Positions 35,273 to 42,852 of a DNA stretch of 64,000 nucleotides are shown here, piece after piece. Location: assembly GCA_041581135.1 (NCBI GenBank), contig JBFGCM010000006.1:4482-68481 (forward strand), in the 5' to 3' direction. Source of the stretch: Acidimicrobiia bacterium (lineage in GTDB: Bacteria > Actinomycetota > Acidimicrobiia > Spongiisociales > UBA5794). The notes beneath the pieces were generated by a model. That model did no database searches. It was not told the origin of the DNA and was given only the letters and a program-made list of their open reading frames with translations. The translations under genes and the position numbers were made by a program. Each line of letters begins with the position of its first letter. Positions within the stretch are counted from its first letter, which is position 1.

Positions 35273-35588
35273 CCTTCTGGGGCCGCTCGAGCCACGGAAG
35301 CGCCAACCGGCTATTGAGGTGGGCGTGTCACGAAGACGGCAGTGTTGCGCGCTTCGAGACCGTGTAGGTGTCCCGCCGACTTGGCGCCCTCGAGTTGGTG
35401 GGCTTGGTGGTTCGGTGGCGATGGGGGGGCGTGGGCGCCGGCTCGTGGCCGTGGAGGCAACGGGACCGTCACGGGCACGGAGCCAGCCGACGGACGCGAC
35501 CGTTGGGGTAGCTTGAGATCCTCCAGTAGCGGGCAACGCCGGCCCTCCTCACTCAACCGGCAGTATCGCGATCGAGTCTGAGGATCAC

Positions 35589-36392
35589 ATGAGCTGTGTC
35601 ACACCAACAGACATCGAGGGTTTCGATTCCTATGAGCTCGGGTCGAGGGGCGACCGGCGTCGCGTCTACACCAGGGGTGGTCCTGATCGGCCGGCGGTCG
35701 TGCTGCTGCACGAGCTCCCGGGGATGGTCGAGGAGTGCATCGAGCTGGCACGACACCTGAGTGACCCTCATGACGGCCACGATGGATACCAGGTGCACAT
35801 GCCGCTGCTGTTTGGGACACCTGGTGAATCCGAGAATCCTCTCAACATGCTCCGGTACGGGTGGTGCATGCGCAAGGAGATCTACCTCTTCAAGGCAGGA
35901 GTGACGAGCCCGATCACTGCCTGGTTGGCCCGTCTAGTCCGGGAAGCGTCCACCCGTTCGGGATCCGAGCGGGTGGCAGTGATAGGGATGTGCCTGACCG
36001 GTGGCCTGGTATTCGGACTCCTCACCCAGACCAATGTCCGTGCCGTGGTCGCCAGCCAGCCGTCTGCTCCGTTTGGCGTGTTCTCGAGGAGCAAGAAGAA
36101 GAACGTGGGCCTGTCCGAGAAGGATCGCCGTGAGAACTTCGACTCGTCCACGCCGATCCTGGCGCTTCGGTATCGCGATGATTGGCGCTGCCCCCGGCTC
36201 AAGATGGAGGGTCTGGCTGAAGCCGCTGGGGTGTCGCTTCCCGAGCCGCCTGACAACGCCATCCAAGACGTGCAAGTGGGGAACATCCGGGTGATCGACA
36301 TTCCGGGGAGTGATCACGCGGTTCTCACGCTCGCACTCCACGATGACACCTACGCGAAGGTGCGGGAATTCCTCTGGGACCATTTGCAGTGA
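35589..36392 (+). CDS. Dienelactone hydrolase family protein
   Basis: 267 aa. PAVVLLHELPGM and the Cys nucleophile elbow VIGMCLTGG. GAGGA lies 6 nt upstream of the ATG. Confidence 0.7.
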   Translation: MSCVTPTDIEGFDSYELGSRGDRRRVYTRGGPDRPAVVLLHELPGMVEECIELARHLSDPHDGHDGYQVHMPLLFGTPGESENPLNMLRYGWCMRKEIYLFKAGVTSPITAWLARLVREASTRSGSERVAVIGMCLTGGLVFGLLTQTNVRAVVASQPSAPFGVFSRSKKKNVGLSEKDRRENFDSSTPILALRYRDDWRCPRLKMEGLAEAAGVSLPEPPDNAIQDVQVGNIRVIDIPGSDHAVLTLALHDDTYAKVREFLWDHLQ

Positions 36393-36547
36393 GCACCCGG
36401 TGAACAACACCAGAGCCCTCGTGGAAGCGCGGCGGCTGCCGCGCATCTGAAAGCGAGGCCCGTGGGGCCGATGCGATCTGGCATCTGGAAGGCACACCGA
36501 GGGCCGACCGATCTGAGTGAGAGGCTCCCACCCGATAGGCTGCGCCG

Positions 36548-37288
36548 ATGGACGTATACGGGCGGGTCAACATCCTCGACGGGCGGGCGGTCCGGCTTTC
36601 GCGCGGCGACGTGTCGACCGCCATCTCGTTGGAGGCCGATCCGGTCGCCCGGGCCCAAGGCTGGGTCGCCAAGGGTGTGCACCGGCTGCTGATCGTCGAC
36701 CTGGATGCCGCCGCCTTCGGGAACTACGCGAACCGGGATTTGATCGGGCGTCTCATCAGGGAGGTGGACGTGCCGGTCTTGGCCGCCGGTGGCATCCGGT
36801 CGGTGGCGGAGGCGGAGCGGATGCTGGCGGCGGGGGCGTGGCGGGTGGCCATGGGTACGGCTGCCATCATCGATCAGCACATGACCTGGGACCTGTGCCG
36901 CGATCATCCGGGTCGGATCGTCATCAGCCTCGACCTCAAACCGACCGAAGAGCTGGTCATCCGGGGCTGGAAAGAGGGCAGCGGCAAGTTCCTCGAGGAG
37001 GCGCTCATCGAGTTGTCCGCCGCCGGAGCGGCCGGGTACCTCATCACCGAAGCGGGACGGGACGCGCTCATGGAGCCGCCGAACCACAGCTTCCTCGAGA
37101 TGGCCCTGAGCTCGGCAAGCGGCGACGGCGAAGTGATCGCTGCGGGCGGGGTGCGCAACCTGGCCGATCTCGAGGCATTGCGCGCCATCGAGGTCGACGG
37201 TCGCAAGCTCGCCGGCGTCGTCGTCGGCCGCGAGGTCACCGAGGGTCGTTTCACCATCGAACAGGCCGTGGCCCTCATCCAGGGGTGA
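36548..37288 (+). CDS. HisA/PriA-like (beta/alpha)8-barrel paralog outside a his operon
   Basis: Aligns by eye along its whole length with HisA/PriA: ILDGRAVRL, LLIVDLDAAAFG, LAAGGIRS, MGTAAI, VISLDLK, RGWKEGSG, VIAAGGVRNLADL, GVVVGRE. The first catalytic Asp position reads Asn (GRVNIL). Confidence 0.65.
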   Translation: MDVYGRVNILDGRAVRLSRGDVSTAISLEADPVARAQGWVAKGVHRLLIVDLDAAAFGNYANRDLIGRLIREVDVPVLAAGGIRSVAEAERMLAAGAWRVAMGTAAIIDQHMTWDLCRDHPGRIVISLDLKPTEELVIRGWKEGSGKFLEEALIELSAAGAAGYLITEAGRDALMEPPNHSFLEMALSSASGDGEVIAAGGVRNLADLEALRAIEVDGRKLAGVVVGREVTEGRFTIEQAVALIQG

Positions 37289-37359
37289 TCGCGGCTTGTC
37301 GCGGCACCACGGGCATCTACGGTCTTGCCAAGGACGTATCTATCCGCCGAGTTGCGCCA

Positions 37360-37386
37360 GGCCTTGGTTCCGATTTCTCCAAGGCC
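37360..37386 (+). terminator. Stem-loop after the HisA-like gene
   Basis: GGCCTTGG (37360-37367) and CCAAGGCC (37379-37386) with an 11-nt loop. No clear U-tract. Confidence 0.3.
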
Positions 37387-37437
37387 CCTTCCTCGCTGAC
37401 CTCTAGCGTTGGGGGCAGGCGAGCAAAGGAGCACTCG

Positions 37438-37845
37438 GTGTCATCGACGGTCATTCCCACGTTCCGCTACAAGAACGCCAAGGCAGCGATCGACTTCCTC
37501 ACCCAGGCATTCGGCTTCACCGCGCAGGCCGTGCACGCAGAAGGGGAGACCGTCGTCCACGCACAACTGGTGCACGGCACCGGGATGATCATGCTCGGGA
37601 CAGACACTGAGGACGAGTGGGGCTCGAACGTGACGACCCCCGACGAGGCTTCCAGACCTGCCGGCGCCGTCTACGTGATCGTCCCCGACGTGCATGCTCA
37701 TGCTGCGGCGGCACGCGTTGCAGGGGCCGAGATCATCATGGAGCCCGAGGCCCAGGACTACGGGGGCCACAACTATGCCGCGAAGGATCCGGAGGGGTAC
37801 ATCTGGAGCTTCGGGGACTACGACCCCTGGGCCGATACCGCATGA
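37438..37845 (+). CDS. VOC (glyoxalase/bleomycin-resistance fold) family protein
   Basis: GTG at 37438 (residue 308 of the track ORF) preceded by AAAGGAG. Sequence VIPTFRYKNAKAAIDFLTQAFGF...YAAKDPEGYIWSFGDYDPW is typical of the VOC family. Confidence 0.75.
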   Translation: MSSTVIPTFRYKNAKAAIDFLTQAFGFTAQAVHAEGETVVHAQLVHGTGMIMLGTDTEDEWGSNVTTPDEASRPAGAVYVIVPDVHAHAAAARVAGAEIIMEPEAQDYGGHNYAAKDPEGYIWSFGDYDPWADTA

Positions 37846-37878
37846 GGCGGCGGGTGGGGCAGGCGAGAGCAGCGCCGA

Positions 37879-37897
37879 ACGGGTCCTTGGGACCCGT
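37879..37897 (+). terminator. Stem-loop after the VOC gene
   Basis: ACGGGTCC-TTG-GGACCCGT, 34 nt after the stop codon. No U-tract. Confidence 0.3.
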
Positions 37898-37952
37898 CGG
37901 GACCACCATGCTCGCGCCGCCGCGAGGCGTCACAAGACGTTCGATTCCTCAG

Positions 37953-37982
37953 TCGCGAAAGTTCTTCTTGAGTCGCGAAAAC
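37953..37982 (+). promoter_or_regulatory. Two direct TCGCGAAA boxes 20 bp apart, upstream of the RNA-B promoter
   Basis: TCGCGAAAGT at 37953-37962 and TCGCGAAAAC at 37973-37982. The second box starts 26 bp before the -35 element, as at locus A. Confidence 0.55.
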
Positions 37983-37998
37983 GAAATACGAATATGGC

Positions 37999-38028
37999 TT
38001 GACGCTGGCATCCGCGACCCGGTACCTT
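37999..38028 (+). promoter_or_regulatory. Sigma-70-type promoter of RNA-B (TTGACG, 18 nt, TACCTT)
   Basis: -35 TTGACG at 37999-38004 and -10 TACCTT at 38023-38028. Hexamers identical to locus A. Confidence 0.6.
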
Positions 38029-38034
38029 TCCGGA

Positions 38035-38421
38035 GTCGCTGGGAAGGGAAACCGCCCCAGCGGAACTCGAAGGCCCGAAAGGGTCGGCGGGGCTCGCCCG
38101 GCCCGCAAGGGGCGGGGAGTGGTCCCGGAACATGCCGCAGCCCGAAAGGGAGGCGGAGCGCCCCGAAAGGGGGCGGCCGGGGTGGCCCTTCGGGGAGACC
38201 TCGGGCGCAGAACGGATCGGTTGACCCCGGGCTTCGGCTCGAGGTCGGCACCTCGGAGACGGGCTTCGGCCCGAGCTGCGAGAGTCGAACCGGCCGCAAG
38301 GCTGGTTGGACGCTCCCGGAGGGATATCACCCGAGAGGGTGAGGGAACCAAAAGGGAATAGGGAACACCCCGAGAGGGCACGAGCTTCGGCAACCGGCTC
38401 CCTCGGGGTTTCCCGCGTCTT
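38035..38421 (+). ncRNA. Candidate structured small RNA 'B' (about 390 nt), paralog of RNA-A, family unassigned
   Basis: Dense run of tetraloop hairpins: CGCTGGG...CCCAGCG (38037-38061), three CCCGAAAGGG units, GACCCCGGGC-TTCG-GCTCGAGGTC, GGGC-TTCG-GCCC, AACCGGCC-GCAA-GGCTGGTT, TCACCC-GAGA-GGGTGA (38327-38342). Ends in the shared CCCCGAGAGGGC...CTCGGGGTTTC element. No downstream + strand gene to regulate. The 5' end is estimated. Confidence 0.55.
38368..38421 (+). terminator. Terminator-like hairpin ending RNA-B
   Basis: CCCCGAG (38368-38374) pairs with CTCGGGG (38402-38408), followed by TTTCCCGCGTCTT. The U-tract is weaker than at locus A. Confidence 0.4.
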
Positions 38422-38621
38422 GGGCCCGATGAGGCTCGACGTTTCAATCTTGGCCGACCGAGCGGGCCCGGCGCCGCCTCCCATTGAGCACCGGCATCCA
38501 TTTCAGGACACGAACGACACCGGACGAGTCGCCACGTTCGTCATCGACTCCCACGCCGGGCGATCCACCAGAGGTCCTCGGACGTCGGCGAACAAACCCT
38601 CTCAGCTGTGGGCGCTTCGGG

Positions 38622-39182
38622 CTAGGTCACGATGATTGGGAAGAATCCACGGTCGTAGGCGTCACCAACATCGTGGAAGTCGCCCCGAAAGACACATGAA
38701 TTACCGAAGTATGTCGTTGCGGGGACTCCAGCGGGGATCTCGATGGCAAGGGAGACGTTCTCAGTAGCGCCGGTCGTCACCGTCAGGCCTTCCACATCGG
38801 GCGGTCCTCCGGCGGGAGGGAATCGGGGATCGGCCGTTGAGAATGCCGCCCCGAGATCCGAGATCGGATTGGCCGGACCCACCCATGCCTGGACATGGAT
38901 TCGCGACCGGTCGAAGGGATCGGGATTGTGGATGCCGACGGTATACGAGATCGTGTCGCCGGCTGTCCGCACGCCGGTCCAGGACTGATACACGATCATC
39001 GGTGACTTGGCTCGGCCCATCTTTCGCATGAGCTCGTGGTCGTCGGGTGCACTGAAGGCGAGCCCCCTCCGTGCTGCCTTCTTGCGCTCCCGTTCGATCC
39101 GCGACCTGAGCTGCCTGAGCGGGTCCTTAGGCCGTGAACGCTGCCCTGCACCTCGCGAGGGTTTGGCGGGCTGCTTGGCCAT
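38622..39182 (-). CDS. Hypothetical protein (186 aa): basic N-terminus plus beta-rich C-terminal domain
   Basis: ATG at 39182 (MAKQPAKPSRGAGQRSRPKD..., residue 43 of the track ORF) preceded by AAGGAGG. No motif recognised. Confidence 0.55.
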   Translation of the reverse strand: MAKQPAKPSRGAGQRSRPKDPLRQLRSRIERERKKAARRGLAFSAPDDHELMRKMGRAKSPMIVYQSWTGVRTAGDTISYTVGIHNPDPFDRSRIHVQAWVGPANPISDLGAAFSTADPRFPPAGGPPDVEGLTVTTGATENVSLAIEIPAGVPATTYFGNSCVFRGDFHDVGDAYDRGFFPIIVT

Positions 39183-39346
39183 GGCAAACCTCCTTGCTGA
39201 ACCTCTGCGACCGTCACGGGACGACCGAGCCAAGCCTACGCCTCCACGCCATGGCGCCCACACCTCTCCGGCCGGCCCGAGTGCCGCCTCATCCGCCGAA
39301 TCCGCCACGGGCCCGGCGGGCCCGGCACTGCGGATAGGATGGCGCC

Positions 39347-39979
39347 ATGGCCTATTCCGCCGACTTGCTCAGCGACGACGAAGAGATCATCCGGGAGTTC
39401 CGACCTCACTGGAAGATGCTGGCGATCCCGTTCTTCTGGATCATCGTGGGCATCGCCATCATCATCGCCGCCTGGTCGGTGATCCCACCCGACGACAATG
39501 CGCTTGTCGACTGGATCATCACCGGCGTCGTCGTACTGCTGCTCATCCCGCTGGCGTTCTCGCCCGTCGTGGCGTGGTGGTTCACGCACTACATCCTCAC
39601 CAACGAGCGGTTGATCACCCGCTCCGGTGTCATCGCCCGCAGCGGCATCGAGATGCCGCTCGAGAACATCACCAACGTGCTGTTCAGCCAGAACGTGTTC
39701 GAGCGCGTCTTGCGGTTCGGTGACCTCCTCATCGAGTCGGCCGGTGAGACCGGACAGAGTCGCTTCGCCGACATCCCCGACCCCCAAGAGTTCCAGGCCT
39801 TGCTCTATCGGATCCGTGAGGCCCGCACCAATCTCCTCGCCGGCTTGGAGGCACCTGTATCCGCAGCCGACGCCGGTCCGGAGGAGCGCATCGCCAAGCT
39901 CGCCAAGCTGCGGGACGACGGAGCGATCACCCAGGAAGAGTTCGAGGAGAAGAAGGCCAAGCTCCTCGACGAGATCTGA
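39347..39979 (+). CDS. Membrane bacterial PH-domain (bPH_2/DUF304, YdbT-like) protein with C-terminal SHOCT motif
   Basis: DEEIIREFRPHW, two TM helices, ILTNERLITRSGVIARSGIEMPLENITNV...GDLLIES, and C-terminal KLAKLRDDGAITQEEFEEKKAKLL (SHOCT-like). Confidence 0.7.
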   Translation: MAYSADLLSDDEEIIREFRPHWKMLAIPFFWIIVGIAIIIAAWSVIPPDDNALVDWIITGVVVLLLIPLAFSPVVAWWFTHYILTNERLITRSGVIARSGIEMPLENITNVLFSQNVFERVLRFGDLLIESAGETGQSRFADIPDPQEFQALLYRIREARTNLLAGLEAPVSAADAGPEERIAKLAKLRDDGAITQEEFEEKKAKLLDEI

Positions 39980-40696
39980 TCAGGATCGGGCGATCAGGTA
40001 GAGGCCCTCCTGGAGGATGGGCCAACGACGAAACACGAATCGTTGGAGCCACGCCATGCGGCGTGGGGTGAAACCGGAACACGGCACGCATTCCTCCACC
40101 TGCCAGCCGGACTCGCTCACGACCTTGGCGAGCGTATACGGGGTGAACCAGAAGCGATGGTCGGAGTTGATGAGCTCCTTGCGGCGTAGCGCGGCGAGGA
40201 AGTTGTGGATCCGAAACGCGTTGGGAACCGTGATGACGATGCGGTCGGCGAGGTGCCCGAACTTGTCGTGCATGGCGCGAAGGAACGCCACGGGATCGTT
40301 GGTGTGCTCCAACACCTCGCCGAGCACGATGTAGTCGTAGTGCCTCGATTCGACAGCCGTCGGGGGGACGTCGCTGAAGAGATCGAAGGTGTACACGTCA
40401 TCGAGCCCCACGATGTCGCGCAGGTGGTCGACCGCTTCCTTCTCGTTGTCGAGGCCCACGGACTCGGCGGCGGCGGCGCGCAGGCGCCCGTGGAGCCAAG
40501 TTCCCTCGGCTCGTTTCTGTTCCAACAACGGCAGGTGGTCGGCGAAGCCGAAGTCGAGGATGCGCTTGTCCCGCACCAGATCTTCGAGCATCGCCACACG
40601 CAGCACCGGCTCGCGGGGCTTGTCCAGACTCAGGGCGTACGCGTTGGAGAACTCGTCGCCACGGAGGAAGCGCTGGTCGCGATCGTCGAACTTCAT
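39980..40696 (-). CDS. Class I SAM-dependent methyltransferase
   Basis: ATG at 40696 (MKFDDRDQ...). ILDFGFADH motif I-like and YDYIVLGEVLEHTNDP motif II/III. Confidence 0.65.
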   Translation of the reverse strand: MKFDDRDQRFLRGDEFSNAYALSLDKPREPVLRVAMLEDLVRDKRILDFGFADHLPLLEQKRAEGTWLHGRLRAAAAESVGLDNEKEAVDHLRDIVGLDDVYTFDLFSDVPPTAVESRHYDYIVLGEVLEHTNDPVAFLRAMHDKFGHLADRIVITVPNAFRIHNFLAALRRKELINSDHRFWFTPYTLAKVVSESGWQVEECVPCSGFTPRRMAWLQRFVFRRWPILQEGLYLIARS

Positions 40697-40847
40697 GAAC
40701 CTGGTCCCGGCCTGGGGGACTCCGGCCCCGGCGGGGGCGGAAGTGGGCGGCAAGCTACCACCGGCCCAGTATGGCGGCAAGATCCGGTTCATTGGTGTGC
40801 GGCCTGCATCACCGAGGGGTGTGGACTGCGGTTATGGAGCCGCAGTG

Positions 40848-42074
40848 TCACCGTGCGACGAACTTGGCCACCGCCTCCACGTGGAAGGTCTGGGGGAACA
40901 TGTCGACCGGCTGGACCCAGTCGAGAACGTAGCCGCCTTCGATCAAGAGCCGGCTGTCTCTGCTGAGGCTGGCCGGATCGCATGACACGTAGGCGATCGC
41001 CCGCAGCTCGGCTTCGAGGAGAACGCGCACGCCGTCCTGGCCCAGGCCGGCGCGCGGGGGATCGACGACGGCGACGTCCCATCCCCGGCCGACGTCCACC
41101 GATTCGAACGGCTGGTCGATGACGCTCACCCGGCGGAGGTGCATGGTGTTGTGGCGCAGGTCCTTCATCGCAACCGGTGACGACTCGACCGCGGTGACCG
41201 AGCCCGCAGCGAGGCCGACCGTGGCCGCGAACAGCCCGCCGCCGGCGTATCCGTCGAGCATGGACTCGTCCGATCTGACCTCCAGCGCCGCGTCGACCGT
41301 CCCCACGATCGCCTCGGCTCCCGCCGTGTTGTTCTGGAAGAAGGCACCGCCCGTGATGCGGAATCGCGCACCTGCGACCTCTTCGAACAGGTGGCCCCGG
41401 CCGACGACGACCTCGTTACGCGAGCCACGGCGGCGGACGACGCTGCACTGCCAGGCCTCGACGTGGGGCGGCGGCCGCCCGACGATCACGGCGAGGAGAT
41501 CTCCGGTGTGGATTCCGGCCCGAATGGTGATCCGGCTCAACCCGGAGAGATCACCGAGGCGATCGAACAGGTCCACGAGGGGTGCCGCCAGCACCACGCA
41601 CTCGGCGAGCTGCTCGGTGTCGTTGCTTTGGCGGCGGTGCAGTGCAGGCCTGCCGCCGTCCACCACGTAGTCCATCCGGTTCCGATAGTTGAACGGGGGT
41701 CCCGGAGCGATCATCTCTCGCACCGGTGGGTCCTCGATCCCGCCGAGGTGCGCCAGCTGTCCGGCAACAATCTGCTCCTTCCACACCAGCTGGGATTCGT
41801 AGTCGGCGTGCTGCCACTGGCAGCCTCCGCAGGTCGCGGCGTGAGCGCACCGTGGTTCGATCCTGGCGAGTGAGGGCTCCATTACCCGGTGTAACGCCGT
41901 CCTGGCGAACGATCCCTTGTCGACCTGCACCGACGCCAGGACGCGTTCGCCGGGAAGGGCGTCCGGTATGAAGTACACCTTGCCGTCGGCGCGCGCCACG
42001 GCGTCGCCCCCGTGCGCCATCGCAGTGGGTTCCAGCTCGATGAGGTCTGGCAGTGAGGTCATGCGCCGCACCAT
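40848..42074 (-). CDS. TRAM-domain RNA (uracil-5-)-methyltransferase, RlmD/RumA/TrmA family
   Basis: N-terminal TRAM-like GGDAVARADGKVYFIPDALPGERV, Cys cluster CAHAATCGGCQWQH, C-terminal VDPPRAGL and YVSCDPASLSRD. Confidence 0.8.
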   Translation of the reverse strand: MVRRMTSLPDLIELEPTAMAHGGDAVARADGKVYFIPDALPGERVLASVQVDKGSFARTALHRVMEPSLARIEPRCAHAATCGGCQWQHADYESQLVWKEQIVAGQLAHLGGIEDPPVREMIAPGPPFNYRNRMDYVVDGGRPALHRRQSNDTEQLAECVVLAAPLVDLFDRLGDLSGLSRITIRAGIHTGDLLAVIVGRPPPHVEAWQCSVVRRRGSRNEVVVGRGHLFEEVAGARFRITGGAFFQNNTAGAEAIVGTVDAALEVRSDESMLDGYAGGGLFAATVGLAAGSVTAVESSPVAMKDLRHNTMHLRRVSVIDQPFESVDVGRGWDVAVVDPPRAGLGQDGVRVLLEAELRAIAYVSCDPASLSRDSRLLIEGGYVLDWVQPVDMFPQTFHVEAVAKFVAR

Positions 42075-42263
42075 GATGGACTATTCCGCCGGTAGCGAGA
42101 GCATTCGGCGGGTCTGGGGGAGTGCGGCTAGCTTGTTCGGGCCACCCCCTACCAGCCCGAGGCACCTGATGGACATCCTCCCGTTGCGTGCGACGCCCGA
42201 TCTCGGCGAGTGCATCCGGCTCATTGGCGGTCGGTGGCCGGTCGATGCGGGCCGCCTCCTCTG

Positions 42264-42845
42264 ATGCTGGCCGAGCTGCTCGCCGTCGATGGAGTGGAGG
42301 AGCGGCTGGTCCTCCGCCCTCCTACCGGACCGTATGTCGTGGGGGTGATGGCGCTCCATGGCGGTCTGGAAGCCGAGACCGCCGAGATGGCGGCCGAAGT
42401 CGCCGATGCCGCGGGTGCCAGTCTCTACGCCGTCGTGCAACCCGATGACCATCGGTGGCACATACCGTCCGTCAACTACACGCCGACCGAGTCGGCCTGC
42501 TTGCGGAGGTTCCTCGGCACCGTGGACGTGGCCTTCTCCCTGCACGGGTTCGGGCGTCCCGGCCTCGAAGAGGCGGTGCTGCTCGGCGGAAGCAATCGGA
42601 TGGTGGCCGGTCACACCGCCGCCGCCCTCCGCCGGCACGGCGCGCGCGACCTGGTGGCCCGGTTGCGATCGATACCTCGGAAGCTGCGCGGTATGCATCC
42701 GCTGAACCCGGTCAACCTGACCCGCCTGGGCGGAGTGCAGGTGGAGCTCGGCCCGGACGCCCGCACCGGCGCGCCGCGCGACACCGTCGTCGGCGCCCTC
42801 GTGAGCGCACTGGCCTGGGCTAGTGTCGGCGGCCCGCCGAGCTAG
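42264..42845 (+). CDS. Poly-gamma-glutamate hydrolase-like (DUF867/UPF0714) protein
   Basis: ATG at 42264. Motifs ALHGGLEAETAEMA, AFSLHGF, LGGSN and GVQVELG fit the DUF867 Zn-hydrolase family. Confidence 0.6.
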   Translation: MLAELLAVDGVEERLVLRPPTGPYVVGVMALHGGLEAETAEMAAEVADAAGASLYAVVQPDDHRWHIPSVNYTPTESACLRRFLGTVDVAFSLHGFGRPGLEEAVLLGGSNRMVAGHTAAALRRHGARDLVARLRSIPRKLRGMHPLNPVNLTRLGGVQVELGPDARTGAPRDTVVGALVSALAWASVGGPPS

Positions 42846-42852
42846 AGGCACC

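Noticed and set aside
34854-35516. 220-aa and 241-aa + strand ORFs (34854-35516, 37617-38342) sharing the peptide SRK..LSRENE..W
   Set aside because: The shared peptide is simply the translation of the conserved promoter DNA (TCGCGAAAAC boxes). The rest is Arg/Gly/Pro-rich, neither ORF has an RBS, and the 241-aa ORF runs out of the VOC gene frame. The similarity is at the DNA/RNA level.
38070-38175. Repeated CCCGAAAGGG units as a possible CRISPR or tandem-repeat array
   Set aside because: There are only three short (10-13 nt) self-complementary units with irregular spacing, no repeat-spacer periodicity, and no cas genes. They are better explained as hairpins within a structured RNA.
34997-38421. 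Assignment of the two RNAs to tmRNA, RNase P RNA, SRP RNA, or a cobalamin/TPP/SAM-type riboswitch
   Set aside because: None of the signature sequences I know for these families is present: the tmRNA 5' GGGGCUGA with its tag ORF and 3' tRNA-like end, RNase P GAGGAAAGUCC, the SRP GGAA/AGCA domain IV, or a B12 box. I therefore left them unassigned rather than force a name.
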